From NCBI GenBank assembly GCA_016205145.1, contig JACQJH010000001.1, positions 390,001-422,000 of the forward strand: a stretch of 32,000 bases of DNA, read 5' to 3'. Position numbers and translations under genes: made by a program. Shown piece after piece: positions 24,086 through 31,772 of the stretch (its first letter is position 1; each line of letters begins with the position of its first letter). The stretch is from Candidatus Iainarchaeum sp. (lineage in GTDB: Archaea > Iainarchaeota > Iainarchaeia > Iainarchaeales > JACQJH01). The notes under the pieces are model-generated. The model worked only from the letters and a program-made list of their open reading frames with translations. It searched no databases and was not told where the DNA came from.

Positions 24086-24951
24086 TTCATTTCTCCCCAG
24101 ATTTTTTTTGCGACAGTTCTGCGTTCCATGCGTTTTTGCATTATCCTGCCCATGATTTTGAAGTTGTTCCAGTAGCTTTTCAGCAGCAAGTGCAATCTGC
24201 CTTCCGGAATGCTCCGCAGGAAAATCAGGCAGAGCCCCGGCGCATGCCTCAGGAATTCCAGCGCTGAAAGGTTGAAAAGCATTGCCTTCAGGCGGTGCGT
24301 GTTCAAAAGCACATACTGCCATTCCCTTCCCGTCTGCCTTTTCGTGTCCCTGCTTCCGAGATGCTTTATCCTGCTGGAATCGGTTTCGACAATCCTGTAG
24401 CCGGCGTTTCTTGCACGGTAGCACCAGTCTGTTTCCTCGCCGTAAATCGGCGAAAATTCCTCTGCGTCAAGCGCGCCGATTTTGTCAATAACGCTTTTCC
24501 GCATCAGCATCGCGGCCCCGCAGGTTGTCAGCACGTCCCTGTCCTTCTCCGCAAATTTTGCGTTCCCCCAGTCCGGAAGGTCGATTAGCCTGCTTCCAAC
24601 CGCGGCAATCAGTTCATCCTTTTCGATCGCCTTCACGGCATTCGATAGCCAGCCTTTTGTGACTGTCGTGTCGTTGTTGAGCATGAAAAAATATCCGCCT
24701 GACGCAGCCGCAAAGCCCTGGTTGTTTGCGAAGGCAAAGCCTTTGTTTTCATTGTTGAAGAGTGCCTTGTGCACCAAACCGGATTTCTGCATTTTTTTTA
24801 TCTCTTCGGCGCTGCCGTCGCTGCTTCCGTTGTCGACGACAATGACTTCGTACTGCGCATAATCGGTATTCTGTTTTATGGATTCTATGCAGCCTTTCAG
24901 GTAGGCCCGGCCATTCCAGTTGAGGACGATTATTGAAACCTTTTTGCCCAT
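24082..24951 (-). CDS. glycosyltransferase, GT2 family
   Basis: It has VSIIVLNWNGRAYLKGCIESI..EVIVVDNGSSDGS, FFMLNNDT (DxD-like) and ETDWCYRARNAGYR. Confidence 0.85.
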   Translation of the reverse strand: MGKKVSIIVLNWNGRAYLKGCIESIKQNTDYAQYEVIVVDNGSSDGSAEEIKKMQKSGLVHKALFNNENKGFAFANNQGFAAASGGYFFMLNNDTTVTKGWLSNAVKAIEKDELIAAVGSRLIDLPDWGNAKFAEKDRDVLTTCGAAMLMRKSVIDKIGALDAEEFSPIYGEETDWCYRARNAGYRIVETDSSRIKHLGSRDTKRQTGREWQYVLLNTHRLKAMLFNLSALEFLRHAPGLCLIFLRSIPEGRLHLLLKSYWNNFKIMGRIMQKRMERRTVAKKIWGEMK

Positions 24952-24972
24952 GCTTTCACTTTTTTTTTCAAA

Positions 24973-25671
24973 TCAGTCAAAGAACCGGTATCTGAACAGC
25001 GCGATCCCGGACTTTATGCCGTCCCACACCGTTATTTTCTTGCCTTCCTCGAACGTGCGCGCCTCGAATGTTATGGGCACTTCCAGGATTTTGTTGCCGC
25101 GCTTCAGGATTTTGGCGGTTATTTCCGGCTCGAATTCGAACCTTCTTTCCCTCAGCCGCACGCCGTCAAGCGCCTCTTTCCTGAACATCTTGTACGCGGT
25201 TTCCATGTCCGTCATGCCGTGCAGGAAAAGCACGGTCGTCATGAGCGACAAAAACTTGTTGCCAAAAGTGTGTGAAAGCAGCTGCTTGCCGCGCATTGTG
25301 CCCAAAAACCTCGAGCCGTAAACAACGCTTGCTTTGCCGTCAAGAATCGGTTTCAGCAGCAACGGTATTTCTTCGGGAAAATATTCGAGGTCGGCGTCCT
25401 GGATCAGTATGATGCCGCCGGTCGCGTTTTTGATGCCGGCCTGCACCGCCCCGCCTTTTCCGAGGTTTTTTTTGTTGGAATAGAATTTTATGCCGGGAAT
25501 TTTTTTGGCTATTTCGGCTGTCCTGTCCCTGCTGCCGTCGTCGACCACGATTATTTCCTTTTCCGCGCCGAGGCCCGCGAGATTGACTTTCCTGACCTTT
25601 TCAACTATGCGCCCGATAGTGGCTTCCTCGTTGTACGCAGGAATGATTATGCTGAGCCTTTCTTTTTTCAT
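24973..25671 (-). CDS. GT2 glycosyltransferase, dolichyl-phosphate sugar synthase-like (Dpm1/Alg5-like)
   Basis: It has LSIIIPAYNEEATIGRIVEKV..IIVVDDGSRDRTAEIA, KNLGKGGAVQAGI and LIQDADLEYFPEEI. Confidence 0.75.
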   Translation of the reverse strand: MKKERLSIIIPAYNEEATIGRIVEKVRKVNLAGLGAEKEIIVVDDGSRDRTAEIAKKIPGIKFYSNKKNLGKGGAVQAGIKNATGGIILIQDADLEYFPEEIPLLLKPILDGKASVVYGSRFLGTMRGKQLLSHTFGNKFLSLMTTVLFLHGMTDMETAYKMFRKEALDGVRLRERRFEFEPEITAKILKRGNKILEVPITFEARTFEEGKKITVWDGIKSGIALFRYRFFD

Positions 25672-25677
25672 TTCATT

Positions 25678-26166
25678 TCACTTTTCCGCGCTTTCAAGAA
25701 AAGCGCTAATCCTTCTTATTAGTTTTTCCCTTGAACTTGAAAAATCCGGCTTGAAATGCCCGGCCGTTTCAATTGCGCCGGCCAGGCCAGAAATGTCCTC
25801 CACTGCAACGGCCTTTCCGTCTTTTTCAAGCGCCTTTGCCAGGTCAAGCTGGTGGTCGTTGGTGTGCTCGCCGAATTTTTTGAGCCGCGGCACTATTATG
25901 AGCTTTTTTTCCATCTGGAGCGCGCTGATGATCGTGCCAGCGCCGCCATGGCTGACTATTATGCCTGCGCCGCGGAATTTTTTTTCGTATTCCTTTCCTG
26001 ACAAAAATTTTTCGTGCGGAAAAGAAGGGGTGAAACCAGAGTTGCCCGTCTGCGCGAAAATGCGCAGGCTTTTGTCATTTTTTGCAAGGACGTCAAGCTC
26101 CTTCAGCAGCCTGTCGAACTGCTGCGGATGCGTTCCCACGCTTGCAAAAACCCTGGTTTCGGGCAT
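25678..26166 (-). CDS. Alg13-like protein (GT28 C-terminal domain; catalytic subunit of a split UDP-sugar transferase)
   Basis: It has VFASVGTHPQQFDRLL...IIVSHGGAGTIISALQMEKKLIIVPRLKKFGEHTNDHQLDLAKAL, which matches the Alg13 / EpsF / PssE pattern. Confidence 0.75.
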   Translation of the reverse strand: MPETRVFASVGTHPQQFDRLLKELDVLAKNDKSLRIFAQTGNSGFTPSFPHEKFLSGKEYEKKFRGAGIIVSHGGAGTIISALQMEKKLIIVPRLKKFGEHTNDHQLDLAKALEKDGKAVAVEDISGLAGAIETAGHFKPDFSSSREKLIRRISAFLESAEK

Positions 26167-26169
26167 GCC

Positions 26170-26616
26170 TTAGAACACGCTCCCGCAGAACTCGGCTTTC
26201 GGGAAAAATTTTTTGTTTTCTGCCCACTGCACCAGGAAAAGGTCTGCAAGCGGGTACATTATTTTTCCGGAAAGGCTCGGCTCCCTTATCCTGCAATAGC
26301 TTTCGATGAAAACGATTTTTTTTCCGAACAGTTTTGCGATCAGGCACGTCGGAACGGCCGTGTCGGCGCCCGTGCTTATCACGACATCGGGCTTCTCGCG
26401 AAAAAAAATTTTGAGTGACTGGAAAAAATTTTTGAGCAGTTTCACTGCATTCCTGCGCGGGCATTCGACGAAAAACGCCTTTTCGCCTGCAGGCAGCTGC
26501 GAAATGCCCTGCCGCCTGTCGACCACAAAATAATGGCTTTTGCCCTGAAACGCCTTTTCAAGGCGCAGGAGCTCGGTCAGGTGTCCGCCGGACGAACTGG
26601 CGCAGCAGATTTTCAT
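26170..26616 (-). CDS. Alg14-like protein (partner subunit of the Alg13-like protein)
   Basis: From ATG 26616 it reads MKICCASSSGGHLTELLRL..KPDVVISTGADTAVPTCLIAKLFGKKIVFIESYCRIREPSLSGKIMYPLADLFLVQW, the Alg14/PssD pattern. The upstream ORF extension to 26805 overlaps aglH and is an artefact. Confidence 0.75.
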   Translation of the reverse strand: MKICCASSSGGHLTELLRLEKAFQGKSHYFVVDRRQGISQLPAGEKAFFVECPRRNAVKLLKNFFQSLKIFFREKPDVVISTGADTAVPTCLIAKLFGKKIVFIESYCRIREPSLSGKIMYPLADLFLVQWAENKKFFPKAEFCGSVF

Positions 26617-26624
26617 TTCAACGC

Positions 26625-27653
26625 CTACAAGAGTTTCTGTGAAACAATCAACGTTACGGCAAGGCTCACAATCGCCTGCATTGCAAGGATTATGGTTACG
26701 ACCTGTTTTTCTGAAAACCTGCCGCGGCGCATCACAAACTGGGTTATCGAGCCGCCGTTCGGATCGGCCCTGAGAGTGCCGTCCTTCTGCGGCATGCCGA
26801 AGCACTCGGACCGGAATCTGTGCCTTGCCTTTATGGCCAATTCCATGAAATACAATGCCATGAGCAGTATGCCGACTTTTTCCATGTCGCCGATGATTGA
26901 AACAGCGGCAATTGAAGCTCCGACCGCCAAGGTCAGGGAATCGCCGCCGAAAATCCTCGCCGGATGCCAGTTGAACCGCAGGAATGCCAGGAGCGCGCCG
27001 AGCAATGCGAACGCGATTATTGCGGCCTCAAGCCTGCCCGTGAAAAACGCTATCATTCCGAGCGGCAATATGATGAGCACGCCGAGGCCGGCTTCAAGGC
27101 CGTTCAGGCCGGCAAGCATGTTTGTGGCATTGCTTGCGCCCGTCACGCCGATCGGCACGAGCACAAGCGAATAAAACAGGCCGAATGAAACCGCGCCGAA
27201 AACCGGCAGAATAATTTCGCTTGGGAACAATCCGATTACCGGCAGGTTTATTGGCGGATTGTGGATGTTGACCGCCATCAACGGCAACGCCGCAATGATC
27301 GGGAGCAGTGCATGCTGCCATTGCTCTATGCCCTTTTTCCATCCGACAAGGTCGTCGACTATTCCGATCAAGCCGACAAGCATTATTGTGGTGATGCCCG
27401 CGAACAATGCCGTAAGGTCGAGATTTGCCGGCGCCACGTATGTTGAAACCGACAGCGCGGCCATGACCGCAATGAAAAAACCGGCAATGACGGCAATGCC
27501 CCCCATTTCCGGCACTTCGGGCTTTCCGATCTTGTTGAGGTCTTTTCCAGTGAAACCGCGGCTGGAAAGCCGTTTTATGAGAAACGGGGTTATGGTTGCA
27601 GTTGCGGCGAAGCCGGCGAGAAAAGTCAATGCAATGGAAGCCTGGCTCATCAT
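26625..27653 (-). CDS. aglH: UDP-GlcNAc:dolichyl-phosphate GlcNAc-1-phosphate transferase (Alg7/GPT family)
   Basis: It is a polytopic membrane protein with GIVDDLVGW and GASNATNMLAGLNGLEAGLG, the archaeal/eukaryotic N-x-x-N-x-x-A-G-x-N-G-L-E signature of the GPT family. Confidence 0.85.
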   Translation of the reverse strand: MMSQASIALTFLAGFAATATITPFLIKRLSSRGFTGKDLNKIGKPEVPEMGGIAVIAGFFIAVMAALSVSTYVAPANLDLTALFAGITTIMLVGLIGIVDDLVGWKKGIEQWQHALLPIIAALPLMAVNIHNPPINLPVIGLFPSEIILPVFGAVSFGLFYSLVLVPIGVTGASNATNMLAGLNGLEAGLGVLIILPLGMIAFFTGRLEAAIIAFALLGALLAFLRFNWHPARIFGGDSLTLAVGASIAAVSIIGDMEKVGILLMALYFMELAIKARHRFRSECFGMPQKDGTLRADPNGGSITQFVMRRGRFSEKQVVTIILAMQAIVSLAVTLIVSQKLL

Positions 27654-27672
27654 AAAAAAACCAATTTGCGAA

Positions 27673-29856
27673 TCAGCTTGCCTGTTTCAGCGGCCTGAAA
27701 ATCTTGATGCCGTCCCTGTAATAAACTTCCTCGAAGTGCTTCATCGCCTCGCTTTCATGGAACCAGAGCCTTGCAAGCATTGACTTGTTCATCTGGGGCG
27801 CGAGAATGTACAGCCTTGAATTGTCGCCGTCCTTGTATGCGAACGACGGGATTGTCGCATTCCTTCCGGCCTCGGCCGGCACCTGCTGTGCAGTGTTCGG
27901 GCTTTCAATCCAGCCGGTTGGAATGCCATTCATCTGCCCTTCGCCGAGATTGTTGGCCGGACCGCACTGGAACCTTGTCTCGTTCTGCGTCTGCTGGGCC
28001 TGGCAGCCGTATGAAACGTTGTTGCCGATCCTGTAAGGGATTATCCTCTCGTCGTCGTAATTGGTTGTCCCGAAAGCGTAAATCGCGAAAGACGGGCCCT
28101 TCAGGAACATCTGGTCGTCCAACAGGATGTAATCCGGCTTGTATTTGGCAATTATGCCGTTTGCCTCGTCAAGGTCCGGCGTTATGGTGAACCTTGCGAA
28201 AGCCGATGAAGCGTCAAGGTCCGCGTTCCTGCCGTCGATTAGCGGAACCCTTTCGCCTATGAACGAAATCCAGTGGCCGTTGTCCCACCAGTTGAAAATC
28301 TTCGAATTCGCAGGAGTGCTGTCCCTCAGCCAGTACAACGCTTCCGTCCATCCGATATCGGTTTCAATGTTGGGAATCTTGTCCTGCACGAAAATGCCGG
28401 ACACTGCGACTGACGCAAGCAGCAGCAGAGCAACCGGCACAAGCACGGCTTTTTTGCCGTTCGGCGACCAGCCCTTCACGTAATGCATCAGTTCGACTGT
28501 CACGATGCCCGCCGAAAGGGCGATCGGCAGGCCGAACGAAAAAGTGTACTTGAGCTTGTAGACCGCCATGAACATTGTTATGAGTATCCAGAAAAACAGG
28601 ATTATCGACAAATGGCCCTCGCGTTTCCTGTAAAACCGCAATGGAATAAGCAGGAGCGCAAGCCCGGGCAGGAAAAGGTTGTTGCCCAACGGAATGGCCG
28701 CAAACAAAATCATTGCATTGAACTTTTCTCCGAAAAAGGGCTTGCCCACGTTTTCCTCGCCCACGGTCTGGTCGATTATGCCGGTGCCGCGGAAATCCTG
28801 CACTGTCAGGAAGACAAGCGAAAAAATCAGCAATACGACGACAAGCAGGGCGCTGGAACCAAGCTTTATCAGCTTTGCGGTCTTTTCGTCGACATGCTGT
28901 TTTTTGACTATGGCGTTCGCAATCATGAAAATGAAGCCGATCGTGATTGCGCCGAACAATGCGAGGACAAAAAAGTCGAACGGGTCCGGTATGACGCCGA
29001 CAACCTGGAAGTATGCGCGCTGAATCCAGTCCGGGTCAGCAAACGTCGCAATTGCGCCGAAAACCCCCATTGAAATCGCGAAATTCTTGATGAACCTTGC
29101 GAGCCCGTCAATCTTCCCGATTGCGAAAATCTTGAGGCTTGCAAAGAAAAAATATCCTGCCATAATTATGGGAACGAGCAGGAACATGTCCCACGTCAAT
29201 GCGAACAGGCCGAAAAACAGCCCGGCCAGAACCGAGTCGATTATTGTCTGCCTGTTGAATTCAAAGTGCTTCAGCGAACGCGCCAAAAAAACCATTGCAA
29301 TGGCCATCCACATGAAACCGAAAGCATCATCCTCCAAAGCGCCCGCCATCGTCCTGTAAACGAACGCGGGAACGGTTGCCGCAACCAACGCCATTGTGAT
29401 GCCGGCAGCATAGCCGTACGCCTCTCCCTTTTCCTCGAAAAACTCCTTGCCCAAAAAGAAGAATGCCGCTGCGGTTATCGCGCCCGCCAATGCGGGCAAC
29501 AGCTTGACGAAAAAAATCCAGGTTTCCTTGTCGTACGGCGCGTTGAGCGTGAAAACCTTGTAGATTACGCCCCAGGCCAGCCACAGGATTTTTCCCTGCG
29601 GGGGAAGGACAAAGCCTTTCGGCCAGAACTGGAAATACGCGCCCAAATCAGTTGCCGGCACCTGCAGGTTGTGCGTCAGCACGTATTCGCCCATGCGCGC
29701 GTGAAAGTACGGGTCGAAGCCCCAGAACAAATCGTATTTCATCAGGTGCGCCCTGACGCCGAACGCGAGCAGGAACAATAGCAGGACAAGAAACCATTTC
29801 TTCCAGTCAACTGCCTTCAGCCTTCCGGCAACCTTGTCAAGCATGCAATCAGACAC
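27673..29856 (-). CDS. aglB: oligosaccharyltransferase AglB (STT3 homologue)
   Basis: It has 13-ish TM segments. The first external loop motif is GFDPYFHAR, and the WWDxG motif reads FNWWDNGHWISF. A soluble C-terminal domain follows. The track start GTG 29856 is reported. ATG 29844 is equally plausible, with a TATTTAAT box on the minus strand at 29873-29880. Confidence 0.9.
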   Translation of the reverse strand: MSDCMLDKVAGRLKAVDWKKWFLVLLLFLLAFGVRAHLMKYDLFWGFDPYFHARMGEYVLTHNLQVPATDLGAYFQFWPKGFVLPPQGKILWLAWGVIYKVFTLNAPYDKETWIFFVKLLPALAGAITAAAFFFLGKEFFEEKGEAYGYAAGITMALVAATVPAFVYRTMAGALEDDAFGFMWMAIAMVFLARSLKHFEFNRQTIIDSVLAGLFFGLFALTWDMFLLVPIIMAGYFFFASLKIFAIGKIDGLARFIKNFAISMGVFGAIATFADPDWIQRAYFQVVGVIPDPFDFFVLALFGAITIGFIFMIANAIVKKQHVDEKTAKLIKLGSSALLVVVLLIFSLVFLTVQDFRGTGIIDQTVGEENVGKPFFGEKFNAMILFAAIPLGNNLFLPGLALLLIPLRFYRKREGHLSIILFFWILITMFMAVYKLKYTFSFGLPIALSAGIVTVELMHYVKGWSPNGKKAVLVPVALLLLASVAVSGIFVQDKIPNIETDIGWTEALYWLRDSTPANSKIFNWWDNGHWISFIGERVPLIDGRNADLDASSAFARFTITPDLDEANGIIAKYKPDYILLDDQMFLKGPSFAIYAFGTTNYDDERIIPYRIGNNVSYGCQAQQTQNETRFQCGPANNLGEGQMNGIPTGWIESPNTAQQVPAEAGRNATIPSFAYKDGDNSRLYILAPQMNKSMLARLWFHESEAMKHFEEVYYRDGIKIFRPLKQAS

Positions 29857-29921
29857 AATTTCGATTAAAAGAATTAAATAACTTATGCCACGCCGTCACC
29901 GCCCGGCGGGTGCGAAACTAA

Positions 29922-29999
29922 GGCGTATCATGGCAAAATCGCGATTTTGCCATGTGCCCGGAATCTTGGGATTCCGGGGCATGCTAATCGCAATACGCC
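29922..29999. promoter_or_regulatory. nested inverted-repeat element between the divergent aglB and 30105 promoters
   Basis: GGCGTAT (29922-29928) and ATACGCC (29993-29999) bracket two inner repeats. One is a perfect 26-bp palindrome, CATGGCAAAATCGCGATTTTGCCATG (29929-29954). The other is a near-perfect inverted repeat, TGCCCGGAATC-TTG-GGATTCCGGGGCA (29955-29981). Confidence 0.4.
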
Positions 30000-30104
30000 G
30001 AGTAAGCCTTTCATGAATTAAAATGATGTTTCGCCAGCACCCGCTTGCGGTTCCGATTTTTGTGCATGGAAAAGCTTTTTTACCGGTTAAACGTAATCTT
30101 GTGC

Positions 30105-30833
30105 ATGGCAAGAGAACCGCCACGACGGTCCAAGCAGCCTTGGCACAGAAAAGCCAGAAACTGGGTTGCGCTCGGCGTGGGGGCGCTTGGCTTTGGCTGG
30201 TTTGGCACAAAAACCGCCGGCCCGAGACAGCCGGTTGCTCCGCAGGCCCAAACTGGCCAGGTTGCGCCGGGGCAACAATCTGCACGGTCCCGCAGGCCGG
30301 CCCCGCGGCAACAGCCTGAACAGCCCCGCGGGCGTGCACCGCGATTTAGCCAAACGTTTGAGGCACCTTCAACTTCTGCTGAACCGGTCCGCCCGACAAT
30401 ATCTTATCCTGCCGGATCTGCCATGGATAAGGCGCAGAAAAGCGAGTATGCGGCAAGCCTTGAAAAAGCCTTCAAGGGCACCAAGGCAAGCAAGCCGTTC
30501 CGCGAGAATTTGATTGACATCTGCCATTTTGCTTACGGCACGGGAATCATGCCGGAGGATGCGGCCAAAGTCCTGCAATTCTGTGCAAAGCACAGCCTGC
30601 GCCCGCTTGACTTTTTCTGGGCGGCGGAACACGCAACCGCGGGAACGCCCGCGGCAGTCAAGGTCCATTCATTTCTAAGCGGCCCCGAGCAAAAACGCCT
30701 TGCCGACACCATAAAGCGAACTGAAGGCAGCGCAGCCAAAATCGATTCCCTGGTTAAAGGCGCACAGTACGAACGTGACCTGCAACGCTATATAGACGCG
30801 CACGGCGGCAACCTGCCGGCCGACCCGGAATAA
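30105..30833 (+). CDS. hypothetical membrane-anchored protein with a P/Q/R-rich linker and a C-terminal globular domain
   Basis: From ATG 30105 it has a basic N-terminus, one TM segment (WVALGVGALGFGWFG), about 70 aa of low-complexity P/Q/R/A sequence and about 150 aa of unknown domain. The ORF is open from 30045 and the start is uncertain (30066 or 30105). Confidence 0.5.
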   Translation: MAREPPRRSKQPWHRKARNWVALGVGALGFGWFGTKTAGPRQPVAPQAQTGQVAPGQQSARSRRPAPRQQPEQPRGRAPRFSQTFEAPSTSAEPVRPTISYPAGSAMDKAQKSEYAASLEKAFKGTKASKPFRENLIDICHFAYGTGIMPEDAAKVLQFCAKHSLRPLDFFWAAEHATAGTPAAVKVHSFLSGPEQKRLADTIKRTEGSAAKIDSLVKGAQYERDLQRYIDAHGGNLPADPE

Positions 30834-30914
30834 AACGGATAATTTGTAAACGTGCCTGTTTTTGAAATCAAAAAAAGCGCAAGGCAGCGATTCGTAAATT
30901 TGATTTTTGTTTTT

Positions 30915-30943
30915 CCAGCCTAATGGCTGGCTGGAGAAAAAAA
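30915..30943 (-). terminator. T7 run plus hairpin immediately 3' of the 5S rRNA
   Basis: The plus strand has A7 at 30937-30943, which gives TTTTTTT on the minus strand directly after the 5S 3' end. The CCAGCC-TAAT-GGCTGG hairpin follows at 30915-30930. Confidence 0.45.
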
Positions 30944-30944
30944 T

Positions 30945-31062
30945 GATTAGCAGCGTTCAGGCGGCTCCAAGCAGAAGCCCAGCGCCAACCTTTTCCCTGC
31001 AGGTCTTAACTTCCGGGTTCGAAACGAGTCCGGGTGTTTCCCCTGCGGTATGGCCGCTAATC
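30945..31062 (-). rRNA. rrf: 5S ribosomal RNA, stand-alone
   Basis: The reverse complement reads GATTAGCGGCCATACCGCAGGGGAAACACCCGGACTCGTTTCGAACCCGGAAGTTAAGACCTGCAGGG...GAACGCTGCTAATC. Helix I has 10 bp between the two ends. The conserved archaeal 5S core CCGAACCCGGAAGTTAAG is present. A T/A box (GTTTTTTAAAC on the minus strand, 31085-31095) is centred about 27 nt upstream. Confidence 0.88.
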
Positions 31063-31199
31063 ACAATCAATTGGATATTGAAAGGTTTAAAAAACTACTT
31101 TCGCCATTCGGCAGGCTCCGCCGGCCCAAACCCCTGCAGCATTTTTTTTGCATTTTGCAGGCCTTGCTTTTTTTTTGTCCGGGCGTTTGCTTTTTGCGG

Positions 31200-31757
31200 C
31201 TACTTTTTCTTTTTCCCCTTTGCCTTTCTGCCGAGAATCATTTCTTCCGCGACTTTCAGGCCTTTTCTCAGCAGGCTTTCCTTTTTCGCGCCAGCGCAGA
31301 TCATTTTTCCGTTCTTGAACAGGAGCAAAGTTATTTTCGGCTCGGCTATGCGCAGTATCGCGCCCGGGAATTGTTCCGGCTCGTATTCGACGTTGTCGAG
31401 GTTCATTGCAATGCTGAACAAGTCAAGGGTCTTGTCGAGGTTTGCCGTCGCAACCAGGTTCACGACCTGGTATTCGACTTTTCTCTGCACTTTTACGGAG
31501 GGCTGGATGTCGTGGATGAGCTTTGACGCTTTTTTTATCCCAAGTTCAATCTGCTCCTCGTTGCTTGCGCCTGAACAGATTATTTTTCCGTTCTTGAACA
31601 GGAGCATTGAAACCTTGGGCTCCTTCAATTTCAGTATCGCGCCCGGGAATTGTTCCGGCTCGTATTCGATGTTCGGAACCGTTACCGCCAAGTTGTACAA
31701 GTCAAGCGTCGCGTTAAGCGTTGCCGAAGCAACCAAGTTCACAATCTGATATTTCAT
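31200..31757 (-). CDS. tbp: TATA-box binding protein
   Basis: Two TBP repeats are present, with QIVNLVAS..LDL..EYEPEQFPGAIL..LLFKNGKIICSGA in the first and QVVNLVAT..EYEPEQFPGAIL..LLFKNGKMICAGA in the second. A lysine-rich C-terminal tail (GRKAKGKKKK) follows. Confidence 0.95.
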   Translation of the reverse strand: MKYQIVNLVASATLNATLDLYNLAVTVPNIEYEPEQFPGAILKLKEPKVSMLLFKNGKIICSGASNEEQIELGIKKASKLIHDIQPSVKVQRKVEYQVVNLVATANLDKTLDLFSIAMNLDNVEYEPEQFPGAILRIAEPKITLLLFKNGKMICAGAKKESLLRKGLKVAEEMILGRKAKGKKKK

Positions 31758-31772
31758 CCGTCCCAGACCCCC

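Noticed and set aside
24086-24424. Upstream extension of the epimerase ORF (track 23072-24424). A similar extension occurs for the Alg14-like ORF (26617-26805)
   Set aside because: The extensions overlap the preceding genes in another frame and are Arg/Gln/Cys-rich. The conserved N-terminal Rossmann motif (MKSVITGGAGFIG) and the Alg14 motif (MKICCASSSGGH) begin at internal ATGs that sit right at the upstream stops.
29922-29999. tRNA hypothesis for the 78-nt element with 7-bp terminal arms
   Set aside because: Neither orientation gives a cloverleaf. There is no D-arm and no T-loop GTTCRAATC. The inner hairpins are 10-12 bp palindromes rather than 5-bp anticodon and T stems.
29896-30339. 147-aa minus-strand ORF across the aglB upstream region
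   Set aside because: It is Ala/Pro/Arg/Gly-rich and spans the palindromic control region and the GC-rich spacer of the plus-strand gene. It is probably a shadow ORF.
30907-31749. 280-aa plus-strand ORF, and the 31050-31526 ORF, covering the 5S rRNA and lying antisense to tbp
   Set aside because: They run through an rRNA gene and are antisense to an unmistakable TBP gene. They are Phe/Ser-rich shadow frames.
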